Of a stretch of DNA of 64,000 nucleotides, positions 1 through 12,597 are shown in pieces. How positions within the stretch are numbered: position 1 is the first letter of the stretch; each line of letters starts with the position of its first letter. The position numbers were made by a program, and so were the translations under genes. Source of the DNA: Pavona decussata (lineage: Eukaryota); contig CDRNST010000104.1 in NCBI GenBank assembly GCA_977016875.1, positions 2,852,001-2,916,000 of the forward strand, given 5' to 3'. The notes beneath the pieces were generated by a model, which saw only the letters and a program-made list of their open reading frames with translations, was not told the origin of the DNA and made no database searches.

Positions 1-1
1 T

Positions 2-916
2 AACCGCAAAGATGGTGAATACAGCGTCACCTACACACCAGATTGTGTTGGACAGCATGACATTGTGATTGAAGTTAACGGTCAGCCGCTGACTCGTACT
101 CCATGGAGTCTCCATGTGTCTCCACATCATTACAGACGATTGTACTCGTTTGGGTCCAAAGATAAAGCACAAGGACAGTTTGTTTATCCCTGTGACATTG
201 CAATAGATGAGAACACAGGAAACATTGCAGTCGCTGATCTACTTAACAATAGGGTGCAGTTGTTTAGTTCAGAAGGAAAACCTTTGAACACTATAAATGG
301 GAAAGAAATAATTAATCCCAGTTCAGTAGCATTCACCAGATCTAGTAACCTTACGGTCATTGCTTCTGGTAAGATTTTTCGTTTTAATGAAAGCGGCAAA
401 GTAGGTAAAAACATCACTAACAAACACTTGAAGAAACCATGGCGCTTGGCTATTGCACGTGATGGACGCATGGTGGTGTGTGACGAGGGTGACAATACAG
501 TCAAGGTCCTGTCCCCTGACGGTACACAGCTGTTACTCACCATCAGTGATCCAAACCATGCGAGACCGTGGTCCGCCGTTTCTCATCAGGACATGTTTGT
601 TGCCTCCTATTACTCGACAAATAATGTGAAGGTATTCAGCAAGGATGGAGTGTTTCTTCATAGTATCGGTACATTCGGGTCTGGTGACGGACAGCTGCGT
701 TCTCCTACTTCCCTCTCAGTTGACAGGTTTTCAAACCTGGTGGTGTGCGACTATGATAATAGAAGGCTTCAGATTTTTACACTTAATGGCAAACTTGTAA
801 GCAAACTGGAAGGTCGACAGACTGGTCTTGTTCGTCCGTATTCTGTTGCGGTATCATCCACTGGACAGCTGTATATAACTGACATAGTAAAATACTGTAT
901 ACATGTTTTCCAGTGA
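2..916 (+). CDS. TRIM-NHL-like gene copy A, 3' part (end of filamin domain plus six-bladed NHL propeller); 5' end lies outside the window
   Basis: Open frame from base 2 (NRKDGEYSVTYTPDCVGQHDIVIEVNGQPL...) to TGA at 914-916. NHL repeats (GQFVYPCDIAID, GQLRSPTSLSVD, DYDNRRLQIF). Collinear with 16586-18340 and 41051-42805. Confidence 0.92.
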   Translation, partial: NRKDGEYSVTYTPDCVGQHDIVIEVNGQPLTRTPWSLHVSPHHYRRLYSFGSKDKAQGQFVYPCDIAIDENTGNIAVADLLNNRVQLFSSEGKPLNTINGKEIINPSSVAFTRSSNLTVIASGKIFRFNESGKVGKNITNKHLKKPWRLAIARDGRMVVCDEGDNTVKVLSPDGTQLLLTISDPNHARPWSAVSHQDMFVASYYSTNNVKVFSKDGVFLHSIGTFGSGDGQLRSPTSLSVDRFSNLVVCDYDNRRLQIFTLNGKLVSKLEGRQTGLVRPYSVAVSSTGQLYITDIVKYCIHVFQ

Positions 917-1799
917 AGGAGTTTGATTTTAATGAATTCAAATAGCTATGCACCCATTTCAAAACAGATTATAGTATACCAGTTAACTTATTCCTTTTTT
1001 AACTATCACTCCTTGTCGATTTTCTGCAAAAAGACGTAATGGCCATGGGTACAAACCCGGTAACCGCTTTGAAACAAAAAAGCTGTTGTGTTTATTCACT
1101 TTACGCGTTTTACTTGACAACTGTGTTCTGAAATGAGGTAGATTCTTGGAAACTTGAACCGTCAGGGAAAACAAAGAGTTGTTGGGAGTTAAAAAAGTTA
1201 TCAGATGTTAAATAACTATAAGGTATTAAGGATCAAATCGGGAGGAACTAGTTTTTGTTGGAGGCCGAGTTATTAGGAATTGTAACTTTATTCCAGTGAT
1301 TAGAGTTTAAATTTCTGCTGAGTAAGGATTAAAGAAGGAAAACTGCTTCTTATTCGAATGAGCGAGAAGTTCCAGTTATTAGGACGATTCCTACTTTGCT
1401 ACTGCGCATACGTTCTGCGCATGTCAGGATTGTCCTCGAAACTCTGAAAAAAGAACAGGTTGTAACCACGAATTTTTCAGGCATAACTGCTTGAAATTAA
1501 AATTTGGAAAAAAATTCCATACATTTTTTGTATTTTAAAATTTTATTTTTGTTAAGATTATTGTTTACTTGAATCTAGGAAGTGTGTGGTTATACAAGGA
1601 ACCTTTCATTAGTTGTAGTCCACACTTGTAGCTTATGGTTTGTGAAAACTGATGTAACATGCTCAGTCTTCGTGAAGTGTAAGATTATTATTGAATATAT
1701 ACGGTATTTGAAATAAAATGACCATAGAACCCCGCCAACTCGAACAAAATGTGATTTAGGATTTGACCACACACTATGAGCTAACTCAAAGTCTCCGAA

Positions 1800-2306
1800 C
1801 TGTGCCGATCAATTCGAAAATTTAAAATATTCCCCGCGAGCATTTGAACTTTGAAAATTGGCTTGTTCAAATTCCCGCCCAGCGGGGCCAACCAGCTGTC
1901 AAACTGTCCTACCTCTAGCGCCGAATTTGGCGATAAAATGCCTTTCCCCACAAAAGTGGTTCATTTACATTCAAACAAATTTTCTATACACTCCTTAAAA
2001 ATTGGTGAAAACACTGCAAAGTTTGTGTAAACCCTCTTTCGTAATCCCTTGGTGAGCCAATATGTCACAAAAGCTTCATTTTCTCCTTGAACTCGTCCGT
2101 GGATCACAGGACTCACGTGTATTCCGCCGGAGAAGACTTGACACTTAAAGTTCAAATTCCCCACCTCAATACGGTAAAGTTCAAATCCCCCACTTTCTGG
2201 AAAGCCTTTTGCGTCAAATGCCCAACTACCAGAGCCGGGAAAATGGCCAAATGCCCGGGGATATGCCGGGGGGGGGATCTTATGGTTTCGAATAGATCGA
2301 CGCATT
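1800..2306. mobile_element. Degenerate non-autonomous DNA transposon (MITE)
   Basis: Imperfect inverted ends (tgtgccgatcaattcgaaa ... tttcgaatagatcgacgca). Partial copies at ~19180-19585 and ~46545-46940. Confidence 0.5.
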
Positions 2307-5300
2307 GTCGCAATAACTCGGGTATGACGATCGGTAAACCCAAAAATAACATAGCTGATTTTCGTGTCGAAATCTTTAATTTTTATTGATAACACGAGTG
2401 TAACGTATCTCAGCCTTTGTCATACATGTATTTTTTCCTTAATATGTTCTTAAAAATTTGGTTTAAATCCCCAACCCAATCGTTCTTATCGAAAGACTCG
2501 TGATCGTGAAAGAATGATAAAAGTAAGAAATGTTATTAGTTATTCACAGAATACAAATCATCCAAACATCCGTGAAAAGCGCGGAACATTTGAATGTTAA
2601 AATGAAATGAGAGACCTTGCAGCTACTACTTTACTACATAGTTGACTCTTGACTTCAACAATTGTTTTTACTTCGTGATTCCTGCGTTTGTTTATAGAAC
2701 GCCTGGATAGATCCCCCCACCCCCCTCCACACACACACACCCTCTACCCCATCACATAAAGGATCGGTACGCCCTACAAGAGCAACTGTTTTGTCGCCCA
2801 CGACACAAGCTGAAGTGTATTTATATGGACTGTCTCTGGTTAGGTAAGCTGCGTAATCCGGGTTGTTGCTATTTATCAGATTGCTGTGGCTTGGGTATTC
2901 AAATAGCAATAATATAATACTTTCATGACTAAGTCTGATCAGTTGTTATACCTCGAGGAGGTTCACAGTATTTTTTTTAGGGGGTGGGGGGAGGGAGGGA
3001 CTTTATAACTTAACGTTGACCCTACAGCTGATAATCAAAGCCTGTGAAAGCTGATGTCTTGTTTTTCACCTGGTTTGTTTCTGTAAATGAAAACATGAAG
3101 CACACATCAGAGTTGGTAGTTTAATTCTTTTTCGAAGGCTGCGGAAACACGGTGCCTCATGGGCAGGTAAACATCTATGGCACAACCATTATCATTCTAT
3201 TTTAACATGACAAGGAAATAAAAACATGGTACAGTTGTTCAAGTAGCATTCGTAGGAATTAATGAATATTATAGCCTCTTGCTGTCGTTTACGCTAACAA
3301 AATGACACTTGATATCAAAAGAATCTAGTTTGTTTGTTTGCGATAAGGAACTTTTGATGAACCTAAATCAAGAAATTTCGCTTGGTTACCTAACGTTATT
3401 CCCATCTATCTGAGGGCTTGGTAATGCAATGAAAGTGTAAGATGTGTAATAGGACGATCATGTGTGAATAAGATTAACATTATTTATCTTGTGAACAACT
3501 GAGCCAAACATTTCTCCTCAAAAAGAAGACAAGTCCACCGTGATTTGCCCTATTCATGCAACGGTAAAAATCGACACCAACCCTTCCCCCCACCCATTCT
3601 TTGGTCAAATACAGGGACTATTAAGAAATTCCTCACATGTACAAAGACGTCCTAGAATACACTGCTTCGAGCATTCTACTCTTGTTGAACCAGATGGCCG
3701 GCCTCGTTAGTCGTACAGGTTATCCACCTTCAGCAGACCAAACCATTATTAAAATATTTTACAGATTCAGTTCATAGATTTCCATGAAACTTTATTTCAA
3801 CATAAAGGTAAAAGGCGACTTTAATAACTCCATTAAAATTTCACCCGATCGTGTCGCGTGAATATAGAACAGCAATTACTCCACTCAAACGGAGGTTGGT
3901 CTGCCTTTGGTGTCTCCGCATTATTGCAGACACTTGTTGTCTTGTTTACATCTCAAGCTGATTCTGACACCTAACTCAAGTATTTAAAACACCTTTAAAG
4001 GGACGTTAATGGTTCAGGCATTCAGGCAAGACCTTCTTTTTGTTAATGTCTTAGTAACTGTCCAAGAAAACCAGTCTTATGATTGTATATCAGACTGGAG
4101 TCCTACAAAGTTTTAGCCACGATCTTTCATGTTGGCTTTTTTGTACAGATTAATAGTATTAGACCGTACGTAGCCGTTTAGGAAGATTCTCTATATAGCA
4201 CTGAGGTCAGAATCCGAGCTCTTGTCCGCAGTACAAGCTCTCTCTTATTAGTGACAGTGTGCATCAGTCCATCAGCATGCATAACAGGCTTGACTGAGGT
4301 GACTGGCTGTCAACTCCCTAAGGAAGCCCTAAGTTCCCGAGGGAACACATTTCCTCATCGTCGGAGACCCGAGGGCAGGTAGTCGGGAAGAGGCGAACAA
4401 TTCAAGGGCGAAATAACCAGCATACTTTGTCACGAATGGGACAGTTGATCATGAAAGATGACCTCCAACAAAGAATGTTCCCAATGTAATGCATTCAGTC
4501 GAGGGCTGATTATCAATCAGAGGGCCTTTGTTTTCTACGCTATCTCGGTACTTTTGGTGTATTCCTGCATGATTTCAGACGAGACCTACTAGAATTAAAT
4601 CACAGAATTAAAAAACAGTAAATAATAAGCATCGCAAGCCGGTGCATGAAATAATTCTTAATAACGGAACACAAGAACAAAGCTGAAACAGCACATCCCA
4701 GGGCACAAATGTGAATACCGGTAAATTGCTATTTGTTGTTAATTTTGCCTCAAATTATTTTATATCATCGCTAAACGAAAAGTTGGAACTTTAAGAGAAA
4801 AACATTTTAGCTGATCGGTGAATTGCAGTACTCACGGAAATGCGTCAGTAAACTCATATAAGTTGAAATAAACTTTGGGTCACTAAACTATAAAAATATA
4901 CAATAAAACAGCTCTTTCTTTGTTTAACTGAAAAATGCTTTCTTAATTATCCATTGTTTAATTAGTATTTAAAGACTTATTTTTTGTTTGGCTCTTTTAA
5001 GCTTGATAATCACGTTAGGTAGACCCCGAAACGTTGTCTATGAACCGCCTTTAGAGATGTTTTATCGAAGATTTTTATAGCTAAAACAAAAAGTCGCTCC
5101 TTATTTTCCGAACTATTTGATAGTCATACGCATTTTGCAATCACAAGACATATTAATCATGAACATAAAGTTTAAGTAGTCTACAAGCATGAGTAATTTA
5201 CAATCATGAATATAATAAGTGAAATATAGTAAATGATCAGAAAATCTCATGCATCCTACAGCAAGCGAACAAAATCTATTGTTTTCATTCGTTCCTAAAC

Positions 5301-6283
5301 ACTCGCTTAATGTTGTGTACTTGGCGGATTCAGTAAGTGAGTTTATATTCTCAACAACACAATAGATAAACAAGCCCTGACCAGTGATAATCTTAGATGG
5401 ACGGAGCACGCAATATCGTCACAATATCGTCGACTTATCATGAGTAGTCTGCGCATAGAACTGGACTATTCAGACATCTTGTACATAGTGATAGCCATTT
5501 GAGTGCTTTAAGAGCTGTAGAGAGGACTAATCACATTTCCTGACGTCGGTCAGAACAACTCGCAAGCACAGTTCCGAATAAGCTGTAACTTAACGAAAAT
5601 GACATAAATGTAGATATGTAAGTATACGGAAATAGTAAAGCGTACATGCGGCCATACGATATCTAAATACAGGTATTGTTGATATTGAGGAAAGTAGAAA
5701 AAGATCAATTGTTGTTCACTCTCTGCTCAAAGAGTTTTACCTCCCAATGTGGCTGGCCGAACATATTATTTGTAGGTTGCAGTTGTAGTGAACCATGCCA
5801 AGAAATTAATCTGCCGTGAAGACCTTGTGTATGTTCACTGGAGCTTACGGTTTGGCGCCAAGATATGCAAAAGAATGTCAGCCACTGTGCAAATCTACCA
5901 CTGCTTTTCATGTTGCCATTTAAATACAGACTTCTGTCATTCAAGGTTCAATAGGTTTCTAAAACAATTCTTGATTGGAAGCTTCGACTTGCTCGTTGTT
6001 GACTTCTCATTCTGCCCAGAAAGGTAAATCAGCCAGATCAGCAATTGATCTTTCGCTTCTAAGTGAGAATAGCTGTTTTCTAAACTGTGAGGAGAAGGAG
6101 TAGTATCTAAACGGCGCTTCTTTGGAACGATTGACTTCCTGTTTGGTGTGAGATTTAAAACACAGGTATATACATGCATAACTATTTATCTTGAAAAATT
6201 GTTTTACTTATTCAAACTTGCTCTTTTCCACTGTCAGTTGGGCCAGTCCTGTACTGATTTACGTATTCTTGAAAGAAATAAAC

Positions 6284-6492
6284 GGAAAAGTGATCGTAAG
6301 CCAGTCGGCGGTCGTGTTTGCTTTGCACGCGTCAAATATCGACTAATGTTCGCGTGAGTCGCGTCGCTTCTCGGCAAGAACACATGAAAACGAAACTTTA
6401 TTAAATCGGGGACTGATCGAGGGATTTCTTGTCCGCTTCTCGCAGCGTACCTCAGATTTTCAAGGCGACGAAATCAGGTTAAGTTTTCACTC
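6284..6492 (+). promoter_or_regulatory. Cluster of IRF/ISRE-like and NF-kB-like motifs (candidate promoter or enhancer), unit 1
   Basis: GGAAAAGTGA 6284-6293, GAAAACGAAACT 6386-6397 (GAAANNGAAACT), GGGATTTCTT 6421-6430, AGTTTTCACTC 6482-6492. All are retained in unit 2. Confidence 0.4.
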
Positions 6493-8138
6493 TTATCCGT
6501 GGTTCATTACCTACAGCTTGTGACACGCTTAAATCGTGATCTGTTTCAACGTTTAAGGATTTATTTCATGATTATACTGAACTTCTTCACATACATCGAG
6601 TATACCTACAATAGCTCATGTTTATCTATGTAGCTTTTAACAGATTCCTTAGTTGTGAGACTGACTTCCCATGCGCGGGGTTTTTGCCCACTGATGAATG
6701 TAACTTGTTTCTGCAGTAAATGATGCTAATTTCATACTGGAAATCTGCTTTGTTTCTTGCTACTTTTTGTTATTTATTTGCATTGATTTTCATATTTTCC
6801 TACTATTTAAAGTGTTGTTTCAGTTTAGTTTAATAAACGTCCTACAAATATTAGCCAGTTTGTTAAAGGAAACATTGCTATCAATAGAGATCATTGAATC
6901 ACTATTTTTAGCCTTTACTCTCGCCTGCGGGCTCATTTGAGAAAACACACCAACAATGGCCGAGATATTTCAGTAAGGTACATGTCCACAACATTTGGAA
7001 GGTGTACTTGTGAGCAAAGATTAGCCGTAATTGTATGTGTAAGTCTCTTGTGGTATTGTATGATCATATGAATACTTGTGGGTGTCTTTTCTTCATTTTT
7101 ACAAACTAATGCATTCGAAATGCCGACGATTAGTCGTATCGCTTTCGGTTTCGATTGAACTTTACAATTAACTTTTAGACTTCGCCTCAGGACAAAACTC
7201 GCTTGAGTGTGGTGTAATAGCCGGCATGCATCAAGTCATCAAAGAACTATTAAAAAAATGTTGTATTTCACGATTGTTGGACGAAGGCAATTACAACTGG
7301 AATGTAATTTATGCGCTTTTTTGTCATTTATATTTGTTCGGATTTAATACCCAACGTTTAACTTGTTTTGTTTCTTGGTGGTCTGCGCATGGCACTGAAT
7401 CATTCAGACACTTAGCAACAACTGCGTCTGTATATCGCAACGACCGAAACACAGTTCCGGATCAGCGGTGACGTATAACGAAAATGACATAAATAAAGAT
7501 CTGTAAGTATACGGAAATAAAACGGACATGCGGCCATACGGTATCTAAGTGCGGGTATTGCAGATATTAAGGAAAGGTAAAAACGATCAATGGTGGTTCA
7601 CTGTCTGCTCAAAGAGTTTTTACTACCTAATGTGGCTGGCAGAGAATACTACCCCGTGTGGATTGCAGTTGTATTGAACCATGCCAAAAAATTAATCTGA
7701 TGTGAACATTGTGTATGTTTACTGAAGCTTACCGCCAAGATATGCAAAAGAATGTCAGTGTTTCATTGTAAATACAGACTTCTGTTATTCAAGATTCAAT
7801 AGGTTTCTAAAACAATTCTTGATTAGACGCTTAGCCTTGATCGTTGTTGAGTCATTCATTCCGCAAAGGAAGATAATTCAGCTATTGATATTTCGCTTTT
7901 AAGTGAGAATACCTGTTTGCTAAACTGTGAGAAGAAGAAGTTGTATCTATTTGTAAACGGTATTTCTGTTGAACGACTTGACTTCCTGTTTGGGTGTGGG
8001 AGCTAAAATAAAGGTATGTACATAATGTATATGTATTTCTCTTGAATAATTGCTTTACTTATGCAAACTTATTCTTTCCACTGTCATTTTGGATAGTAAT
8101 CAGACTGAATTGTGTATTTTTGCTAAAAAAAATATAAA

Positions 8139-8383
8139 CGGAAAAGTGATTTAAGGGCAGTCGACGGTCGTGCTTGCTTTGTACGCGTCATATGCCGATG
8201 ATGTTCGCGTGAGTCGAGACGCTTCTGGGCACGAACACAAGGAAAGCGAAACTTTATAAATGGGGACTGAGGGATTTCTTGTCTGCTACGCAGTTAGGCG
8301 AAAACTTAATGACGCGAAATGTTATGGTATGAGATACTCTTTATTGATTTTCAAGGCGGCGACAGCAGCTTTAGTTTTCACTC
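8139..8383 (+). promoter_or_regulatory. Cluster of IRF/ISRE-like and NF-kB-like motifs, unit 2
   Basis: GGAAAAGTGA 8139-8148, GAAAGCGAAACT 8242-8253, GGGATTTCTT 8271-8280, AGTTTTCACTC 8373-8383. Confidence 0.4.
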
Positions 8384-9600
8384 TTTTCCGTGGTTCATTG
8401 CCTACAGCTCGTGACGTGTTTTTGTGATCTTTTTCAACATTTTGGGTTTATTTCATGTTTAGACTGAACTATATACTACACACAGAGTTTACCTACAATA
8501 GTTCACATGTTTCTATGTAGCTTTTGACAGTTTTATTCTGCTATGAGACTGACCACGATGTTGAGGCCTAAGTTACTCGTGACTGCACTTCATTTCTGCA
8601 TTAATGATACTGAATTCGTCATAATTAGGAGCAGAGTCTGTTGGATATATTGCTAGTTTTGGTTATTTATATGTGTTGATTTTCATCTTACCGATGCCAC
8701 GGTGTTAGCAGTTATTCAACTCTCTGTAAAAAAAATCAATCTTTATCAGTTTGTTAAGGAAATTTGTAGTTTACTGTCGCCCGCGGGGGTCATTTGAGAA
8801 AACACACCAACAATGACCGAAATACTTCAGTAGTGATACAAATCATTTCAAAGGTGTACTGGTAACCAAAGATCAGCGGAGATTATATGTTACAGCACTG
8901 ATTTCGTCATGAATACGTCTGGATATCTTTTATTAATTTTTATTGACGAATGTATTCAAAATGCTGAACGAATGGTCATATTATAATTTAAGGAGCTGAT
9001 AAAACATATAATCGCTTTCAGTTTTCAGTTTTTTTCACGTGAGAAAAACAAAATGAACATATTTTATCAATCATTCTACGAACTTTTAAACTTCCCGTCA
9101 GGACAAAAAACACTTGAGTGTGGCTTCAGACAGCCTACATGCAATAAAGAACAGTCAAACGAATGTGATTGTTAGCTATTGATGCACCAAATCGTTTTTA
9201 ACTCTAACCTGTAGCAATTACAACTTGAAGTTTATGCAATTTCTGTGTCTTTCATTTTTGTAACTGATCAGTAGATTGCAATTGTGCCATTAGTTTGAAC
9301 CACCTTAAACATCACGGTAAATACCATCACGGGGCAGCACCGCTCAATAGATCTCAGTAGCTTTCTTGACTTGTATCAGGTCATACAAAACGATTTCCTG
9401 CACACACTCAAAAGTTAAAACCACACAACCCACTTAAAGATCCACTTTTAAAGATCCACACTTATTTTTTAGAAGAGGAACCCCCTCACCTCCCCCCATC
9501 TATTAATTTGAACCACCTTAAACATCATGGTAAATACCATCACAGGACAGCACTGCTCAGTAGCTTTAATGACTTAAATCACGTTATACAGACTTAAAAG

Positions 9601-9910
9601 GTCTGGATAGCAACAGACATGTTATAATTTTAAGAAAAGACACAACATTTTTGATTTTACAAGACATATTTTAACAGTTCTACTGTCATCATCAGTTGAA
9701 ATTAACATAATGTACAAATTTGAATTGATAATGCATTTATAATGCAATCATGCATTGTAATGTTTCCTTTTGTTGTCATGGTTAATTAGCGTTTTGTGTA
9801 GCATTATAAATTCAACTTTGTACTTTGTGTTAATTTCAACTGAAGATTACAGTAGAACTGTTGAAACACGTCTTGTAAAATCAAAAATGTTGTGTCTTTT
9901 CTGAAAACTG
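9601..9910. mobile_element. Penelope-type inverted pseudo-LTR hairpin insertion with a 12-bp target-site duplication
   Basis: ~100-bp inverted arms (~9632-9735 and ~9800-9902). CAGACTTAAAAG is duplicated at 9589-9600 and 9911-9922. Each arm holds a hammerhead-like core. Confidence 0.75.
9837..9875 (+). ncRNA. Minimal type I hammerhead ribozyme
   Basis: caa-CTGAAGA-ttacag-tagaa-ctgtt-GAAAC-ac-GTC-ttg: CUGANGA/GAAA/UH core, stem I caa/ttg, stem II acag/ctgt. The opposite-strand copy (~9660-9698) has GAAAC mutated to AAAAT. Confidence 0.65.
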
Positions 9911-10967
9911 CAGACTTAAAAGTTAGAACGATTTAGCATAACACGGGAGAAAATCCAGACATACAGTTTTTTATAGAAATAGACCACCCACTGCACGGTT
10001 TCATTCAAAGACTCGAGACTTTGAGCCGCCTTGTACATAAAATGTCACAACCAATGGCTTCTAAGCTATCACTTTAATGATCATGCTTTAGAATATCACG
10101 GCTCCAAATGCCCAGTTCTTTGAACCACCTTGTTCATCATGAAAAGCAGTTTCACAGCAAAGAAATGTTTCTTAGCTATCCATTGAGTGATCACCCTTTG
10201 GTATTTCCTTCAAGGAGGTAAAAGTTCCATGACCCTGTATAGCACAGTTGTAAATATAGGGCTGCTTATGGAGTGGGCTCTGGATCAAAACACGATGGGG
10301 TGGGACAGTGGGTGAACTAAGAAGGTGTCAGAAGTTTAAAAACTTTGGATCTCTGGTTTTTCCGATTGATCAGCCACTGTAACACAATGCACAGTGTCAC
10401 AAGAAAGTACAGCATGCTAGATGTCCTACTGTGACCACTGTTTTTGAAGATTTCGCCCACCAAAATTAAACTTAAACTATATCTTGTGCTTAAAGAAAAA
10501 ATATTAGAAAGGAGAATATAAAAAAAAAAGTTATGGCTCTCCGCGCCGCCCTCCATTTATTTGTTGAAGATACTGGGATGTTTAACAAGAGAAGGTTTTC
10601 TTTTAAAATCCCACATCCGCAATATCAGCTGTAGAAAGTAACCAAAGCAAAGACAGCCTACTATGTCCCTTTACCTCTGGCAAAATAAACCAAAATTAAG
10701 CTTCAACTATAATATGTGATTTAACATAACATATAAGAGAGGAAAATACCCCAGGCCCTCTCCATTGTTTGCTGAAGATACTGGGATGTTTGACGAGAGG
10801 TCAGTTCTTAAAAAATCCCACATCAGCAATATCCGCTGTAGAAAGTGACCAAAGCATAGACAGACAACTATGTTCCTTTACCTCTGGCAAAATAAACCAA
10901 GCAAACCTCAGTAATCAACAAAATTTGTTTTCTTAGGTTGACAAGGAAGCTCGACTAATTCGTCTCC

Positions 10968-11664
10968 ATGGCAACAGGAGCAGCATCCACCAAGGAGACA
11001 ACCAACTATGCTCGGTTGTGTCGTCTGTTGGTGGACGTCGGTACCCAGGCACTGAGAGACCAATTCAATGGAATCCACTTACCAGCAAATCTACAAGCTG
11101 TCTTGGCCACAAATAAACCTATGTTGCAGTCACTGAGAGCACGAAAGATAATCAACCCAACACAGTGGGGCAAACTCTTTCCTGCCATGCCGAGTTCGGT
11201 TTCATCAGTTTCTTTTGACATCACTCTGTTGATGGTCCTGTTTCGAAACATATGTGGCTTAGCTGCTCCTACATCAGGCTGGGACGCCCTTCCTCCCTCA
11301 ACAGATGTAAGTCCTGAAGCAGACATCGCTCGTGTGAAGTACTTCAGAAACACTGTGTATGCTCACGCCGAGTGTGCCTCTGTTGACCATGCAACGTTCA
11401 ACAAATATTGGAGTGAGATCCGGGACACTCTGGTGCGGCTGGGAGGAGTTGCCTATAAAGCAGCTGTTGACAATCTTGAAACAGACTGTATGGACCCTGG
11501 AATGGAGGAACATTACAAAGAGCTTCTTCGTCAATGGAAAGACGACGAAGACAACATAAAAGACAAGTTGAACGAAATGGACAGCGACATCAAAAATCTC
11601 ACAAAAAAGATCGATGACTTGGTGGAAGCAGTTGTGACTTCAAGTACTGAAACAAGTGATGAAG
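10968..11664 (+). CDS. Copy B coding exon 1: DZIP3/hRUL138-like HEPN domain plus coiled coil
   Basis: NYARLCRLLVDVGTQALR...FDITLLMVLFRNICGL...GW...DIARVKYFRNTVYAH matches the metazoan DZIP3-like HEPN pattern, with R-N-x4-H. Acceptor ttttcttag at 10936, in-frame TAA upstream of the ATG, phase-1 donor GAAG|GTGAGT at 11664/11665. Confidence 0.88.
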
Positions 11665-12420
11665 GTGAGTTGTGTTACGTTGCCATGTAAACCCCAGTTG
11701 AATTTATTTATTCGAACCATATTTCATAGTACAGTATCAACAATCTAAGGTGCGATGGTTTAAGTGGGGGTGCTTCTGTGATCCTCATATTTTCCAGCAT
11801 TACTGGGTTCAAAAGTATCGTGCCTGGGCGGAACCGTACAGCATAATGTAAATTGTGGGACAAAAATAGATCGCATTGGACATTATTGCTTTCGCAGGAA
11901 AATTTTCAAATTTTGTTCTGGAAATCGTTGAATATCCAACTTGAGTGGCCAAGAGCCCTGGGAACTTTACACCAATTTACAAAAAAATTTCCCCGGCACT
12001 AGTACATGATCAAAGCTTCTCGTACCAACAAATTCGTCTTCTCCATTTCAAACTTTAACATTCGCTTCTTAACTGCAATGAAAAGTTACAACATAGAAGA
12101 GGGGCCAACTGCTCCTCATCCAATTGCAGATTACGGATTGTGCGAGTAACTTCCCTCTATATGCATCTTTTCTTGTGCTGAGAAATTACGTTTCGTTACT
12201 ATTGGCAGGGAAAGAAGAACAGACATTTACTTTTGAAACCGTTACGCAATGTGTTCTGTGACGTCAAATATTGCCTCATAAAACAGTTCTTTATTATTGC
12301 TTCTACTTTGGGATTTTTTTTTCTTGGAAAATTTAATAAAATTGCTTAATAAAATTTAATAAAAACTAAACTAGTGAGCAGCACTCTGCGAACTGTAGTT
12401 GTATAACTTCTTCTTTATTT

Positions 12421-12463
12421 CTCCTACGCGTTTCGTGTGACTAACGCACACTTCGTCAGGGAG
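12421..12463 (-). ncRNA. Minimal type I hammerhead ribozyme (Penelope-type)
   Basis: Minus strand reads ctcc-CTGACGA-a-gtgtg-cgttagt-cacac-GAAAC-gc-GTA-ggag: intact core, 4-bp stem I, 5-bp stem II, very short self-complementary stem III. Confidence 0.75.
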
Positions 12464-12554
12464 TTAAACAATACAACATGATGTGCCTGTAAATATACCT
12501 AACTCTAAGCATGAGTTAGGTATATATACAGGCACATCATGTTGTATTGTTTAA

Positions 12555-12597
12555 CTCCCTGACGAAGAGTGCATTTGTCACACGAAACGCGTAGGAG
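12555..12597 (+). ncRNA. Minimal type I hammerhead ribozyme (second arm, one stem II mismatch)
   Basis: ctcc-CTGACGA-a-gagtg-catttgt-cacac-GAAAC-gc-GTA-ggag. Confidence 0.65.

Larger units (their letters stand above)
5448..9240 (+). repeat. Diverged ~1.9-kb direct tandem duplication upstream of copy B (units ~5448-7330 and ~7381-9240)
   Basis: Shared blocks in the same order, e.g. taacgaaaatgacataaat, acatgcggccatacg, gacttcctgtttgg, tgttcgcgtgagtcg, catttgagaaaacacaccaacaatg. Confidence 0.85.

Noticed and set aside
184-543. Antisense ORFs repeated over each NHL region (184-543, 17614-17967, 42079-42432) and over the HEPN and gag-pol ORFs
   Set aside because: Shadow frames of the sense coding sequence; they recur only because the genes are duplicated.
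10968-11690. Calling the HEPN ORFs DZIP3 orthologs
   Set aside because: Only the HEPN module is shared; no RING or other DZIP3 regions are present.
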